Source: Erysipelotrichaceae bacterium (GTDB lineage: Bacteria > Bacillota_I > Bacilli_A > RFN20 > CAG-826). Taken from it: a stretch of 64,000 nucleotides of DNA. Where the stretch lies: positions 80,307 to 144,306 of the forward strand of contig JAYFOJ010000003.1 of the NCBI GenBank assembly GCA_034932745.1, in the 5' to 3' direction. The translations under genes were made by a program, and so were the position numbers. Of this stretch, positions 28,317 to 37,490 are shown one piece after another; the stretch's first letter is position 1; the number at the start of each line of letters is the position of its first letter. The notes beneath the pieces were generated by a model, which had not been told where the DNA came from, ran no database searches, and saw only the letters and a program-made list of their open reading frames with translations.

Positions 28317-29519
28317 ATGAGTAAAATAATTGTTCATATCGATTTGAATGCCTTTTTCGTCCGATGCGAAGAAATCAAAGATCCCACTTTAGAGAATAAA
28401 CCCGTCGCGGTTGGTCACGACGGAAGAAGTGGGATTGTTTCAACTTGCTCTTATGAAGCCCGTAAACTAGGCGTTCACTCTGGCCAACCAATGTTTAAAG
28501 CAAGAGCCTGTTGCCCTCAACTAATTGTTAAACCTGTCGATTTTAACTTCTACAGTGTCCTTTCTCGCGAGTTTATGATGTTTGTAAGGACTTATACCAA
28601 AAAGATGGAAATTGCGTCCGTAGATGAGTGCTACGCTGATTTTACGGATGTGCTAAAAGGGGTTAAGGACCCAGTAATGTTTTTTAGAAAGTTCCAGGCT
28701 GAACTATTTAAAAAGACAAAACTTAAATGTTCGGTCGGCATTGCTCCGACTAAGTTTTTAGCTAAGATGGCCTCAGATATGGAAAAGCCAAACGGAATCG
28801 TCATTATAAGAAAACGTGATATTCCTGAAAAGATGTTTGGTTTATCTATTGATAAGATGTTTGGAATCGGAAGGAAAACAGCGCCTAGATTAAAAAGCGT
28901 TGGCGTTAAAACAATCGGTGATTTAAAACGCGCTATTGATGCCGGAAACGAAGATATAAGAAACATTATGGGTAAATTTTACTTTGTAATTGAAGACTGG
29001 TTGAATGGAAAAGGATCTGATGAAATAGAAGTCGAACAAGAAGATGTAAAATCGATAGGAAATAGTACGACATTCCCACACGACACAAATGATTTCGAAG
29101 AAATTAAACAGATTTTCGAAACCCTTTGTAAAGAGGTTAGTGGACGAGCAGAAAAAGAAGGAAAACTTGGCTCGACGATTCAAATCGTGATGAAAGATAC
29201 GTTCTTTAAGACCAAAAACAAATCGATGACATTTAATCCACCGAGCAATAGTTTCGATGTTATCTTTGATAAAACAATAAAATTGTTCGACAAAAGCTAC
29301 GATGGCGAACCGCTTAGACTAGTGGGAGTCACTTTACAGAACTTAATAGATCCACACGAACTTGCGGTTCAAATGACATTCTTCGACTATGAAGAACACG
29401 AAAAAGAATCAGAAACAAAACTGCTCATCAATGAGTTAAATCGAAAAATGCAAAAGCCAATGCTTAAAAGAGCATCCGAATTGGAGAAAAAGAAAAATGG
29501 AAATCAAAGACGCAGTTGA
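28317..29519 (+). CDS. dinB: DNA polymerase IV (Y-family)
   Basis: IIVHIDLNAFFVRCEE; 400 aa. Confidence 0.9.
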   Translation: MSKIIVHIDLNAFFVRCEEIKDPTLENKPVAVGHDGRSGIVSTCSYEARKLGVHSGQPMFKARACCPQLIVKPVDFNFYSVLSREFMMFVRTYTKKMEIASVDECYADFTDVLKGVKDPVMFFRKFQAELFKKTKLKCSVGIAPTKFLAKMASDMEKPNGIVIIRKRDIPEKMFGLSIDKMFGIGRKTAPRLKSVGVKTIGDLKRAIDAGNEDIRNIMGKFYFVIEDWLNGKGSDEIEVEQEDVKSIGNSTTFPHDTNDFEEIKQIFETLCKEVSGRAEKEGKLGSTIQIVMKDTFFKTKNKSMTFNPPSNSFDVIFDKTIKLFDKSYDGEPLRLVGVTLQNLIDPHELAVQMTFFDYEEHEKESETKLLINELNRKMQKPMLKRASELEKKKNGNQRRS

Positions 29520-30378
29520 TTTGTTTAATCAATACATTATCGCTGAAAAAGGTCTTTCGATTGAGACCTCCAAGGCATATCTCGACGATATAAAAAGATT
29601 TTTTGAGATATTTAACGACAAAAAACAAGTGGAAGATTTAAGCGGTGAAGATCTAGAAGTATTTATCCGCAAAGAGATGGAAAAAGGAATGTCTGCTTCA
29701 ACAACCTTAAGAAGACTATCTTCGATTAGAAGTTTTTTGGTGTTTCTAAAGAAAGAAAAGTATATTTCGACCGAATTGGTCGATGTCGACGGACCCAAAA
29801 AACCGATGCATCTACCGATTTGTCTAAGCGTCCAAGAAGTTGAGAAACTTCTAGATATGCCAAACATGAATAAGTTAGATGGCATAAGAGATAGGGCGAT
29901 GTTAGAAACAATGTATGCCTCCGGACTTCGAGTCAGCGAACTTCTTTCTTTAAAACGTTCGAATGTCGATTTAAAAAAGAACATTGTTAAAGTAATGGGC
30001 AAAGGTTCTAAAGAAAGAAAAGTTCCTCTTGGAGATTTTGCAATTGAATATCTCCTTAAATATATTCACGAAGTCCGAGATAAAAACAAGGGTAAAGATA
30101 CTCCTTATTTATTTTTAAATAAATATGGCAAACCTTTATCTAGACAATACTTCTTTAAAAAGATCAGACAATACGCCGTTAGCGCAGGAATCGAAAAGAC
30201 TATTTCTCCGCATACCATTCGACACTGTTTTGCAACGCATATGATCGAAAACGGAGCGGAGTTAAGAGCGGTGCAAGAAATGCTTGGACACGCTAACATT
30301 GCAACTACCCAAATTTATACGCATGTATCTACGCAACGCATTCTGGGCGCATATGATTTGTATATGAAGGGCAAGTAG
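29497..30378 (+). CDS. XerC/XerD-family tyrosine recombinase
   Basis: HTIRHCFATHMIENGAELRAVQEMLGHANIATTQIYTHV; 293 aa; 23-nt overlap with dinB. Confidence 0.85.
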   Translation: MEIKDAVDLFNQYIIAEKGLSIETSKAYLDDIKRFFEIFNDKKQVEDLSGEDLEVFIRKEMEKGMSASTTLRRLSSIRSFLVFLKKEKYISTELVDVDGPKKPMHLPICLSVQEVEKLLDMPNMNKLDGIRDRAMLETMYASGLRVSELLSLKRSNVDLKKNIVKVMGKGSKERKVPLGDFAIEYLLKYIHEVRDKNKGKDTPYLFLNKYGKPLSRQYFFKKIRQYAVSAGIEKTISPHTIRHCFATHMIENGAELRAVQEMLGHANIATTQIYTHVSTQRILGAYDLYMKGK

Positions 30379-30410
30379 TTTAAAATATTTTTGTTTTCAG
30401 GAGGAAAAAT

Positions 30411-31610
30411 ATGAGTAGTAAGTATAAAAGAATCTTCGTTGTCGTTGCTGATTCCGTTGGAATCGGTGCGGAACCAGATGCTGCAAAATTTGGCGATGAA
30501 GGAAGCAACACAATAGTTCATATCGCTGAAAAGTGTGGTGGATTGCATCTCCCTAACATGAACGCACTAGGATTAGGCGATTTAGCAAATATTAAAGGAA
30601 CAACTAAGGTTGCCCATCCAAACGCCTACTGTGCTAGAGCGCGAGAATTAAGCAATGGCAAGGATACGATGACTGGTCACTGGGAAATGATGGGCATTTT
30701 GACCACACAACCATTCGTGACTTTCACAGATACCGGATTCCCAAAGCAATTGATTGCTGAACTAGAATTAAAGACCGGGCACAAAGTTATTGGCAATAAA
30801 GCCGCAAGCGGAACCGAAATCATTAAAGAATTAGGCGAACAACAAATGAGAGACAACTCATTAATCGTTTATACATCTGCAGATAGCGTTCTTCAAATCG
30901 CTGCTAGCGAGGAAGTAACCGGTGTTAAAGAGTTATATCGCTGTTGCGAAATTGCAAGAGAAATTTGTATGAAGCCAGAGTGGAGAGTTGGTCGAATTAT
31001 TGCTCGTCCATTTATCGGCAAAACTGTTGAAACCTTTAAAAGAACACCAAATCGTCATGATTTAGCTCTTAAACCTTCAACTCCAACCGCAATGAACATT
31101 TTACAAGATAATGGATTGATGGTTAGTTGTGTTGGAAAAATCGGTGACATCTTTGATGGATATGGAGTTGTAAAGACTCAAAAAACCATTTCAAACGAAG
31201 ACGGAATGGACAAGACTATCGGAGAATGCAAGTCTAAAGACTTCAAAGAAGGATTATGTTTCGTTAATTTAGTCGAATTCGATTCAGAATTTGGACATAG
31301 AAGAGATCCAATTGGATATGGTAAGGCTCTTGAAGCTTTTGATAAGAGGGTCGGGGAACTAATCCCGCTTCTTAAGAAAGATGATCTTTTGATTATCACT
31401 GCCGACCACGGAAATGATCCTACATGGGTTGGAAGCGATCACACTAGAGAGAAAATCCCACTTTTGATGTATTCAAAATCGATTAACGACGGAAAATATA
31501 TTGAAGAAAGAGAATCTTTCGCTGACATTGGCGCAACGATTTTGAAAAACTTCAATCTTAAAAAACCGGCTAACCTTATTGGCACTCCAATATCAGAACT
31601 TTTAAAGTAG
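30411..31610 (+). CDS. deoB: Phosphopentomutase
   Basis: MSSKYKRIFVVVADSVGIG; 399 aa; SD CAGGAGG. Confidence 0.9.
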   Translation: MSSKYKRIFVVVADSVGIGAEPDAAKFGDEGSNTIVHIAEKCGGLHLPNMNALGLGDLANIKGTTKVAHPNAYCARARELSNGKDTMTGHWEMMGILTTQPFVTFTDTGFPKQLIAELELKTGHKVIGNKAASGTEIIKELGEQQMRDNSLIVYTSADSVLQIAASEEVTGVKELYRCCEIAREICMKPEWRVGRIIARPFIGKTVETFKRTPNRHDLALKPSTPTAMNILQDNGLMVSCVGKIGDIFDGYGVVKTQKTISNEDGMDKTIGECKSKDFKEGLCFVNLVEFDSEFGHRRDPIGYGKALEAFDKRVGELIPLLKKDDLLIITADHGNDPTWVGSDHTREKIPLLMYSKSINDGKYIEERESFADIGATILKNFNLKKPANLIGTPISELLK

Positions 31611-31627
31611 AAAAGGAAGAATAATAA

Positions 31628-32581
31628 ATGAAAAATAAAATGTATATGGCGTTAGGACTAATTGGTCTAACGTTAGTTAGTTGCACTCCAGAGAATAATG
31701 TCATCGGAAACTGGCAAAAAGTCTATTCCCCTTCGGGAGCGCCAACTCTAGCTTTCTACGATCAAGGGAAAACTGGAACATTCTCAACTAATACAACCCC
31801 AGCTAACGTTTTAGCTCAACTTCAAACAGATAATTATGGAATGGTGGTCTTCGACTTCTACAATGGTTTGAAATCAATTAAAACCAATACAAGTAATTAT
31901 AAATTAGCAAAAATTCTTACCGGAGGTAATTTGTACTTAGTCGGTATTAATAAGACATCAGCGCCAACTAAAGATGATTACATTGTATCTTTTGGGCAAA
32001 ATCTAGTTCCTGATATCGTTTATAAAAAGATTTATGGCGACGAGATAGCGACCGCGACACACTACGTAGGAGCCGTCGCAGACGCTCAAGGCGTGCTAAC
32101 AAGCGGACTTCACGAAGGAAATCCTGTCGATTACGTTTTAATCGCTCAGCCGGCCCTTTACGCAACGCTAAGCAATCAAAGTGCAGCAACATATGGTAAG
32201 TTATCCGTTATTGCATCTTTAAGAACAGAGTGGAAAACACTAACTGGACAAGATGCGATTCCTCAGGCCGGACTATTCGTTAACACCGAGTATTACGCTA
32301 ATCACAAACAGTTCTTCGATGACCAATTCGATTTAATCGATGAGCGAATTGATACTTGTATCAATGACCCATTAACCATGAAGCAGAAAATAGATAGCGA
32401 CCTTGATACCGATTCACAAAAAGCATTGTTTGGCTTTACGTCTCAAATCGCTTACAACGTCCAAACTAGCGAAACGAGTCCAAATGGTTTTGCGTTAGTT
32501 AGCGGAGACGAACAAGTAGATATTCAAGAATTCTTAACTTCCATCAACGTAACCGATGATTACTCGAGTTATATAATGTAA
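31628..32581 (+). CDS. Lipoprotein, putative ABC-transporter substrate-binding protein
   Basis: Lipobox LVSC; immediately upstream of a permease. Confidence 0.45.
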   Translation: MKNKMYMALGLIGLTLVSCTPENNVIGNWQKVYSPSGAPTLAFYDQGKTGTFSTNTTPANVLAQLQTDNYGMVVFDFYNGLKSIKTNTSNYKLAKILTGGNLYLVGINKTSAPTKDDYIVSFGQNLVPDIVYKKIYGDEIATATHYVGAVADAQGVLTSGLHEGNPVDYVLIAQPALYATLSNQSAATYGKLSVIASLRTEWKTLTGQDAIPQAGLFVNTEYYANHKQFFDDQFDLIDERIDTCINDPLTMKQKIDSDLDTDSQKALFGFTSQIAYNVQTSETSPNGFALVSGDEQVDIQEFLTSINVTDDYSSYIM

Positions 32582-32590
32582 AGAGGTTGA

Positions 32591-33352
32591 ATGAAAAAGA
32601 AGCTCACTAAAACTTGGTTAACATTGCTTCTAACTTTGTTAGGAATATGTTTTGTCTTCGGTTTATGGTGGCTTATTTCGTATTTAGTTAACTCGACCCT
32701 TTTCCCTAGTCCCTTAAGAACTTTTGAGGAATTATGGGTTTTACTAGGCAAAGGATCGACTTATCTAGCTTTAGGGGGAACTCTATTAAGATTAGCCTTA
32801 GCTTTTGCTATTAGTTTTATTGTTGCGTTTGTTTTAGGAATTATCTCTGGACTATTTAAAGGTATTAAAGTATTTTTGAACCCATTGATTATTGTTCTTA
32901 GAACAATTCCAACAGCGGCGCTCATATTGGTAATGGTATGTATTCTAATTCCGGAGAACGCCTTACTAATCGTTGTCTTTTTGGTGATGTTTCCAATAAT
33001 TTATGAATCCATCGTGACCGGCATAGAGAATATCGATGAGTCTGTAATGATGGCCTTAAGAATCGATGCAAAGCCATATGGATTTAATAGCGTATTCAGA
33101 GTAATGATTCCAATGAGCAGACCATATATAATTCTAGGAATTATACAGAGCATTGGTTTAGGAATGAAAGTTTCTATAATGGCTGAAGTCTTAGTGGGAA
33201 ATCCAGGAATACCAGGATTAGGAATTATTATTCACGAAGGCTACCAATATGCATACATGCCTCAAGTATTTGCGATTTCAATTCTAGCAATAGCGTTAAT
33301 AGGTGTAATCGACTTCGGATTAAGACTAGCAAAGAAATCTTTCAACAAATAA
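32591..33352 (+). CDS. ABC transporter permease (NitT/TauT-like)
   Basis: 6 TM; EAA-like loop ALRIDAKPYGFNSVFRVMIPMSRPYI. Confidence 0.6.
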   Translation: MKKKLTKTWLTLLLTLLGICFVFGLWWLISYLVNSTLFPSPLRTFEELWVLLGKGSTYLALGGTLLRLALAFAISFIVAFVLGIISGLFKGIKVFLNPLIIVLRTIPTAALILVMVCILIPENALLIVVFLVMFPIIYESIVTGIENIDESVMMALRIDAKPYGFNSVFRVMIPMSRPYIILGIIQSIGLGMKVSIMAEVLVGNPGIPGLGIIIHEGYQYAYMPQVFAISILAIALIGVIDFGLRLAKKSFNK

Positions 33353-33403
33353 TTAGCATTATTTAAATATCCCTCTATTAGTAATTAGGGGGATTTTTCT
33401 TAT

Positions 33404-33949
33404 ATGGATAAAGAGAAAAACGAAAGATTCAAGCTGGAAGCAAGAGAGCAATACATAAACAAAGGAGTAAAATACGATGGATTGGTCGGAATCAAAAGCC
33501 AACTTGAATGGATTAAAAGACAATTGGAATACGTTTCCTTTTCTGAAAAGTACAAGATTAGATACAATCTAAAGCGTGGAGAAATATACGAATTTGACTG
33601 GGGTTACAACGTCAATGTTGAGTTTTCAAACCGACATTACGGTGTCGTATTAGCAGATTCAAACGAATATAACCCTTTGGTTATTGTGTGCCCATTAAAA
33701 ACAAATAAACATGGTCCTCATCCAAGAAGTGATATCGATTTAGGATATGTCGAAGGCCTAAAAGAGGGCGTTAAAACACTTGCGGTAGTTAATCAGATCC
33801 GTAGCCTAGACAAGATGAGACTATATACGAAAACCGCAATAGCCGAGGACGGCGAAATGGTTCAAATACCAGTCCTACCAATAGATAAAATTAAGCTCAT
33901 TTTAAAAGCTTACGAGTCGATGTTATACGCTACCGGAACCGAAGAATAG
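33404..33949 (+). CDS. MazF/PemK-family endoribonuclease-like toxin with about 55-aa N-terminal extension
   Basis: KRGEIYEFDWG...RHYGVVLADSNEYNPLVIVCPLKTNK...NQIRSLDKMRLY parallels B. subtilis EndoA/MazF; SD AGGGGGA. Confidence 0.7.
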   Translation: MDKEKNERFKLEAREQYINKGVKYDGLVGIKSQLEWIKRQLEYVSFSEKYKIRYNLKRGEIYEFDWGYNVNVEFSNRHYGVVLADSNEYNPLVIVCPLKTNKHGPHPRSDIDLGYVEGLKEGVKTLAVVNQIRSLDKMRLYTKTAIAEDGEMVQIPVLPIDKIKLILKAYESMLYATGTEE

Positions 33950-33969
33950 GCATCAGCGGTGCACCAATA

Positions 33970-33998
33970 TTAGTAGATAATTAGTAGTTTTATATATA
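33970..33998 (+). repeat. Copy B of the stop-rich element
   Basis: TTAGTAGATAATTAGTAGTTTTATATATA. Confidence 0.7.
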
Positions 33999-34244
33999 CC
34001 GAGTTATGTGGAAAAGTCTACTTTTTGAATGTTGATGTTTTTGCTAGTATGCAATATTTTATTACTTAAAAGATAGACTAATTCTTGCTTTGTCGTATAT
34101 ATGGTTAACATAATGGAAATTATGCGAAGTTAATGTATTTTTGAATTATATAGTAAAAGGCATATATAACCACATATCACTATCAGCCTTGCGCTCTTGC
34201 GGTCATCTCCCAGTACGGCCTATTACGTTTATTCATTTTACGGA

Positions 34245-34304
34245 AAACAAAAAGAATAAATTAAAAGCCGACTCATGATAGACTTGTCGTCTTGTTAGTC
34301 GGCT
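34245..34304 (-). terminator. Terminator after nadD-yqeK (minus strand)
   Basis: agccgact...agtcggct stem with a U-run on the minus strand. Confidence 0.5.
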
Positions 34305-34335
34305 ATCGTATTATGTGATATCTCTTAGGTAAAAC

Positions 34336-35415
34336 TTACTTGAGATATTGAGACATGCATTCTTTGGTCAACTTGTTATCGATGTCTTTATTTTTTAAAA
34401 CCAAGTGCCTCTTGTTCTCTTCTAAGACATTTATGAAACCGTTTTTATAATCAGCAAGCATTCCATCAATCATCGATTGGGAATCGTATCCTCTTTTCGG
34501 ATCGATTTTGTCACTTGCGTAAACAATCATTGCTAAAGGATTCATGTTTTTACAACCAGTCGCATGGTATTTAATGGCTTCGATAATATCTTCATCTGTG
34601 ATGTGAAAAACATTGGCAGCTATTTCGGCGCTATAAAACTGATGATATAGTTTATCGCTTAGCGGTAAATAGGCTTTATACTCTTTTTCTATTCTTTTTT
34701 TCTCGTCTTCGTCGACGTTCTTACCAATATCGTGAAGTAATCCAGCGATATAGGCTCTCCATGGCCTGTTAATTCCATTAGCGATAGCGATTCTATAAGC
34801 TAGCATAGCTACGGACTTGCTATGTTCTAATCTTTTGCCATCGATAAAACCATTAATTGTCTTCATAAAATACAAATTGTGATCTTGGATATATTCGATA
34901 ACAGCCATAGGGATATCGATATTCTGCAGTTTTCTAACATCGGTCGAAGAAACATCAAATTCCGGCCCTTCCACCGCTTGCATGTTATATTTTTTAATAT
35001 TTTCTTGAGATAACAATACATTGGATCTCTTAAAATATACAATCCTCACCAATTTTGATATTTCTTCAGCCTCTTTCCAGCGATGAAATTCATTTACTTG
35101 GTCTGCGCCGATTAGAAAATATAGATTATCCAAAGGATAAACTTCTTTAAAATGACGGACTGTGTATATCGTATAATTGTCTTTTCGATTAAGTTCGAAA
35201 CGCGACACTTTTAGATTCTTAAACCCCTTAATGGCCAACTGTATCATCTGATACTTGTCTTCTGGTATGGTTTCCTTTTCCTTCCATACCGAAACACCGT
35301 TTGGAATAAAGATGACGTTTTGAGCCTTCAGTTTATCCACCGCTATTTTAGCCATGTTCAAATGGCCGTTATGAATAGGATCAAAAGATCCGCCAAAAAG
35401 TATGATGTTTCTCAT
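34336..35415 (-). CDS. nadD: Fusion of nicotinate-nucleotide adenylyltransferase NadD and HD-domain protein YqeK
   Basis: N-terminus GGSFDPIHNGH (NadD); C-terminus HD domain ...LLHDIGK (YqeK family). Confidence 0.85.
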   Translation of the reverse strand: MRNIILFGGSFDPIHNGHLNMAKIAVDKLKAQNVIFIPNGVSVWKEKETIPEDKYQMIQLAIKGFKNLKVSRFELNRKDNYTIYTVRHFKEVYPLDNLYFLIGADQVNEFHRWKEAEEISKLVRIVYFKRSNVLLSQENIKKYNMQAVEGPEFDVSSTDVRKLQNIDIPMAVIEYIQDHNLYFMKTINGFIDGKRLEHSKSVAMLAYRIAIANGINRPWRAYIAGLLHDIGKNVDEDEKKRIEKEYKAYLPLSDKLYHQFYSAEIAANVFHITDEDIIEAIKYHATGCKNMNPLAMIVYASDKIDPKRGYDSQSMIDGMLADYKNGFINVLEENKRHLVLKNKDIDNKLTKECMSQYLK

Positions 35416-35705
35416 TTTGAAAGATGAATTATTTCCTTTTTCTTGTTTTTTCGATAGAGAATAAGCCCTCTACCGATGATTTGAACCACTTCAGCGTGTA
35501 AATCACTAGAGAGATCTAAAGCAACCTCCATGATGTCTTTATCGAGACTTTTGAGGATCTCAATTTTGACTAATTCGTGAGCAGTTAATGCTTTATCAAA
35601 TAAATCGACGACTTGTGGTGTGATACCATTTTTACCGACTTGATATTTGATTTTTAAATTTAATGAAATTGTTCTTAGTTGCTTTTTCTGTGAGTTTGTT
35701 AACAT
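35412..35705 (-). CDS. yhbY: RNA-binding protein YhbY/YqeI (CRS1 domain)
   Basis: Start at the internal M (MLTNSQKKQLRT...); KNGITPQVV...LVKIEIL pattern. Confidence 0.8.
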   Translation of the reverse strand: MLTNSQKKQLRTISLNLKIKYQVGKNGITPQVVDLFDKALTAHELVKIEILKSLDKDIMEVALDLSSDLHAEVVQIIGRGLILYRKNKKKEIIHLSK

Positions 35706-35709
35706 ATTT

Positions 35710-36843
35710 TTACCTAATTCTTGAATCACTTACGATTAACGATGCGCCCCTTGGAACTAAAACTCTAATCTTTTGTCCCTTGGCCTTTAAAGATATCCAA
35801 CCTAATCCATTTATGGAGATGTCGATCATCTTATCGTTGTCGTTAAGTTTAACATCAAATAGGTCATAGTTGTGAAAATCATGAAATCTTTCGCTTACAG
35901 GTCTTAGAAATCTCTTAATAAGATTAATCTTAAAAAACTCTAATACCTTACTGCTACTAACCTTCTTTAACTCGACATTTTCGCTAGTGTATACATTTGC
36001 GATGCAGCTCGCACCCTCGACTAGACTATAGAATGCTAAACCACCTAATAATAAGGTTTCTCCTTTGGAGATTCTTTTCTTTTCAATCTTGATTCCCTTT
36101 TTTGGAATGATCAATTTTGCTACATCTTTTTCGACAAGGTTTTGAACGGAATCATCGCTTACAAAACCAGGAATTTCATATAATGTTGAAGAATTGTCAA
36201 AAGGAATTGAAAGTATTCTTAATCTTGTGTCTGGATATGTTTCACTTTTTATTTCACGATTAGAAGTATTCTTAAAAACTGTTAGTAAAGCGTCGATAAT
36301 CGAAGATTTACCAGATAAGGATGATCCGATTAAATAAACATCGTGTCTTTTCCTTCGCTTGATGATTTCTTTAGTGAAATCGTGAATATTGTAGTTCTTA
36401 GTCGCACTTACAAGAATCACGTTTACTGGTTTTATACCCACGGCTAAGAATCTTTCTTTTAAGAAAGCTTTTAAAGATGAATCTTTTACACTGCTAGAGA
36501 AAAGGTCTCTTTTATTTCCGATTACCAATACTTCGTTATTTTTAATTTTATTGGCTAAAGCTTGGTTTATCGTTCCATTAAAAGCAAACAAGTCAACGAC
36601 ATAGCACACTAATGCATCCGACGCTACAGCGTCATCTAAGACTTTCAACGTATCGCTATCGATTTGATGGGAACTTTTCCCAATGTTGATTTGTAGGTCT
36701 CGATAACAATCATTACAGTAGATAACCCGATCAGAGTCTTCTTTAAACAAGTCAGAAGGAATATAACCAGGAAGATTTGGATCATTGCTTTGCAAAACTA
36801 CACCGCAACTATTGCATCGTAGTACTCTTGTAATCTTACTCAT
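35710..36843 (-). CDS. yqeH: Ribosome assembly GTPase YqeH
   Basis: N-terminal CxxC...CxxC zinc finger; circularly permuted G domain; 377 aa. Confidence 0.85.
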   Translation of the reverse strand: MSKITRVLRCNSCGVVLQSNDPNLPGYIPSDLFKEDSDRVIYCNDCYRDLQINIGKSSHQIDSDTLKVLDDAVASDALVCYVVDLFAFNGTINQALANKIKNNEVLVIGNKRDLFSSSVKDSSLKAFLKERFLAVGIKPVNVILVSATKNYNIHDFTKEIIKRRKRHDVYLIGSSLSGKSSIIDALLTVFKNTSNREIKSETYPDTRLRILSIPFDNSSTLYEIPGFVSDDSVQNLVEKDVAKLIIPKKGIKIEKKRISKGETLLLGGLAFYSLVEGASCIANVYTSENVELKKVSSSKVLEFFKINLIKRFLRPVSERFHDFHNYDLFDVKLNDNDKMIDISINGLGWISLKAKGQKIRVLVPRGASLIVSDSRIR

Positions 36844-37366
36844 CGAGAATGTCCCTCCATTCTTTTAGTAGATTCAATTTACGAAGTTTGGCAATTCTAG
36901 GTCTTTCAAATATTCTTCTTATTCTCGTCATTTTTTGATCTTCTTTTGTTAAACGATCGACCAATATCGTCTTAAGACCGGCTTTATTACCAGCGATTAC
37001 GTCGGTTAAAAGTTGGTCTCCAACAAGAATTGTCTCACTAGCATTTAATGAGTCGTTTCTCATTAACTTTTTGATTTTATTAGGAAACGGTTTCATGTTC
37101 ATCGAAGTCATTTTTATTCCCAACATATCGGCGTAAGGTTTCACCCTTTTACTTCTATTATTTGAAACGATAATGACATTAATGTCATGTGTTTTAAACT
37201 TTTTTATTAATTCTACAGTGTTCTCACTTGGTTTTTTGACCTTGTAAGAATCAAGCGTATTATCTAAATCTACTAGTATTGTTTTGATTCCGAGTTTCTT
37301 AAAAAAATCGATATCGATTTCGTGAAGAGACTTGGCGTGAGCAAATGGAATATACTTTTTATTCAT
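36836..37366 (-). CDS. yqeG: HAD-family phosphatase YqeG
   Basis: DLDNTL motif; 176 aa; head of the yqeG-yqeH-yhbY-nadD operon. Confidence 0.8.
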   Translation of the reverse strand: MNKKYIPFAHAKSLHEIDIDFFKKLGIKTILVDLDNTLDSYKVKKPSENTVELIKKFKTHDINVIIVSNNRSKRVKPYADMLGIKMTSMNMKPFPNKIKKLMRNDSLNASETILVGDQLLTDVIAGNKAGLKTILVDRLTKEDQKMTRIRRIFERPRIAKLRKLNLLKEWRDILDE

Positions 37367-37490
37367 TGATGGTTCCTACACCTTAATAATACATAAAAAT
37401 TCTTTTATGTTGTAGGCTTTTAGTCGATTAAATTGTAGATGACTATATTTTGCCAATCGGTTTTGGATGAAGAAAAAAGAATAGGTTCCC

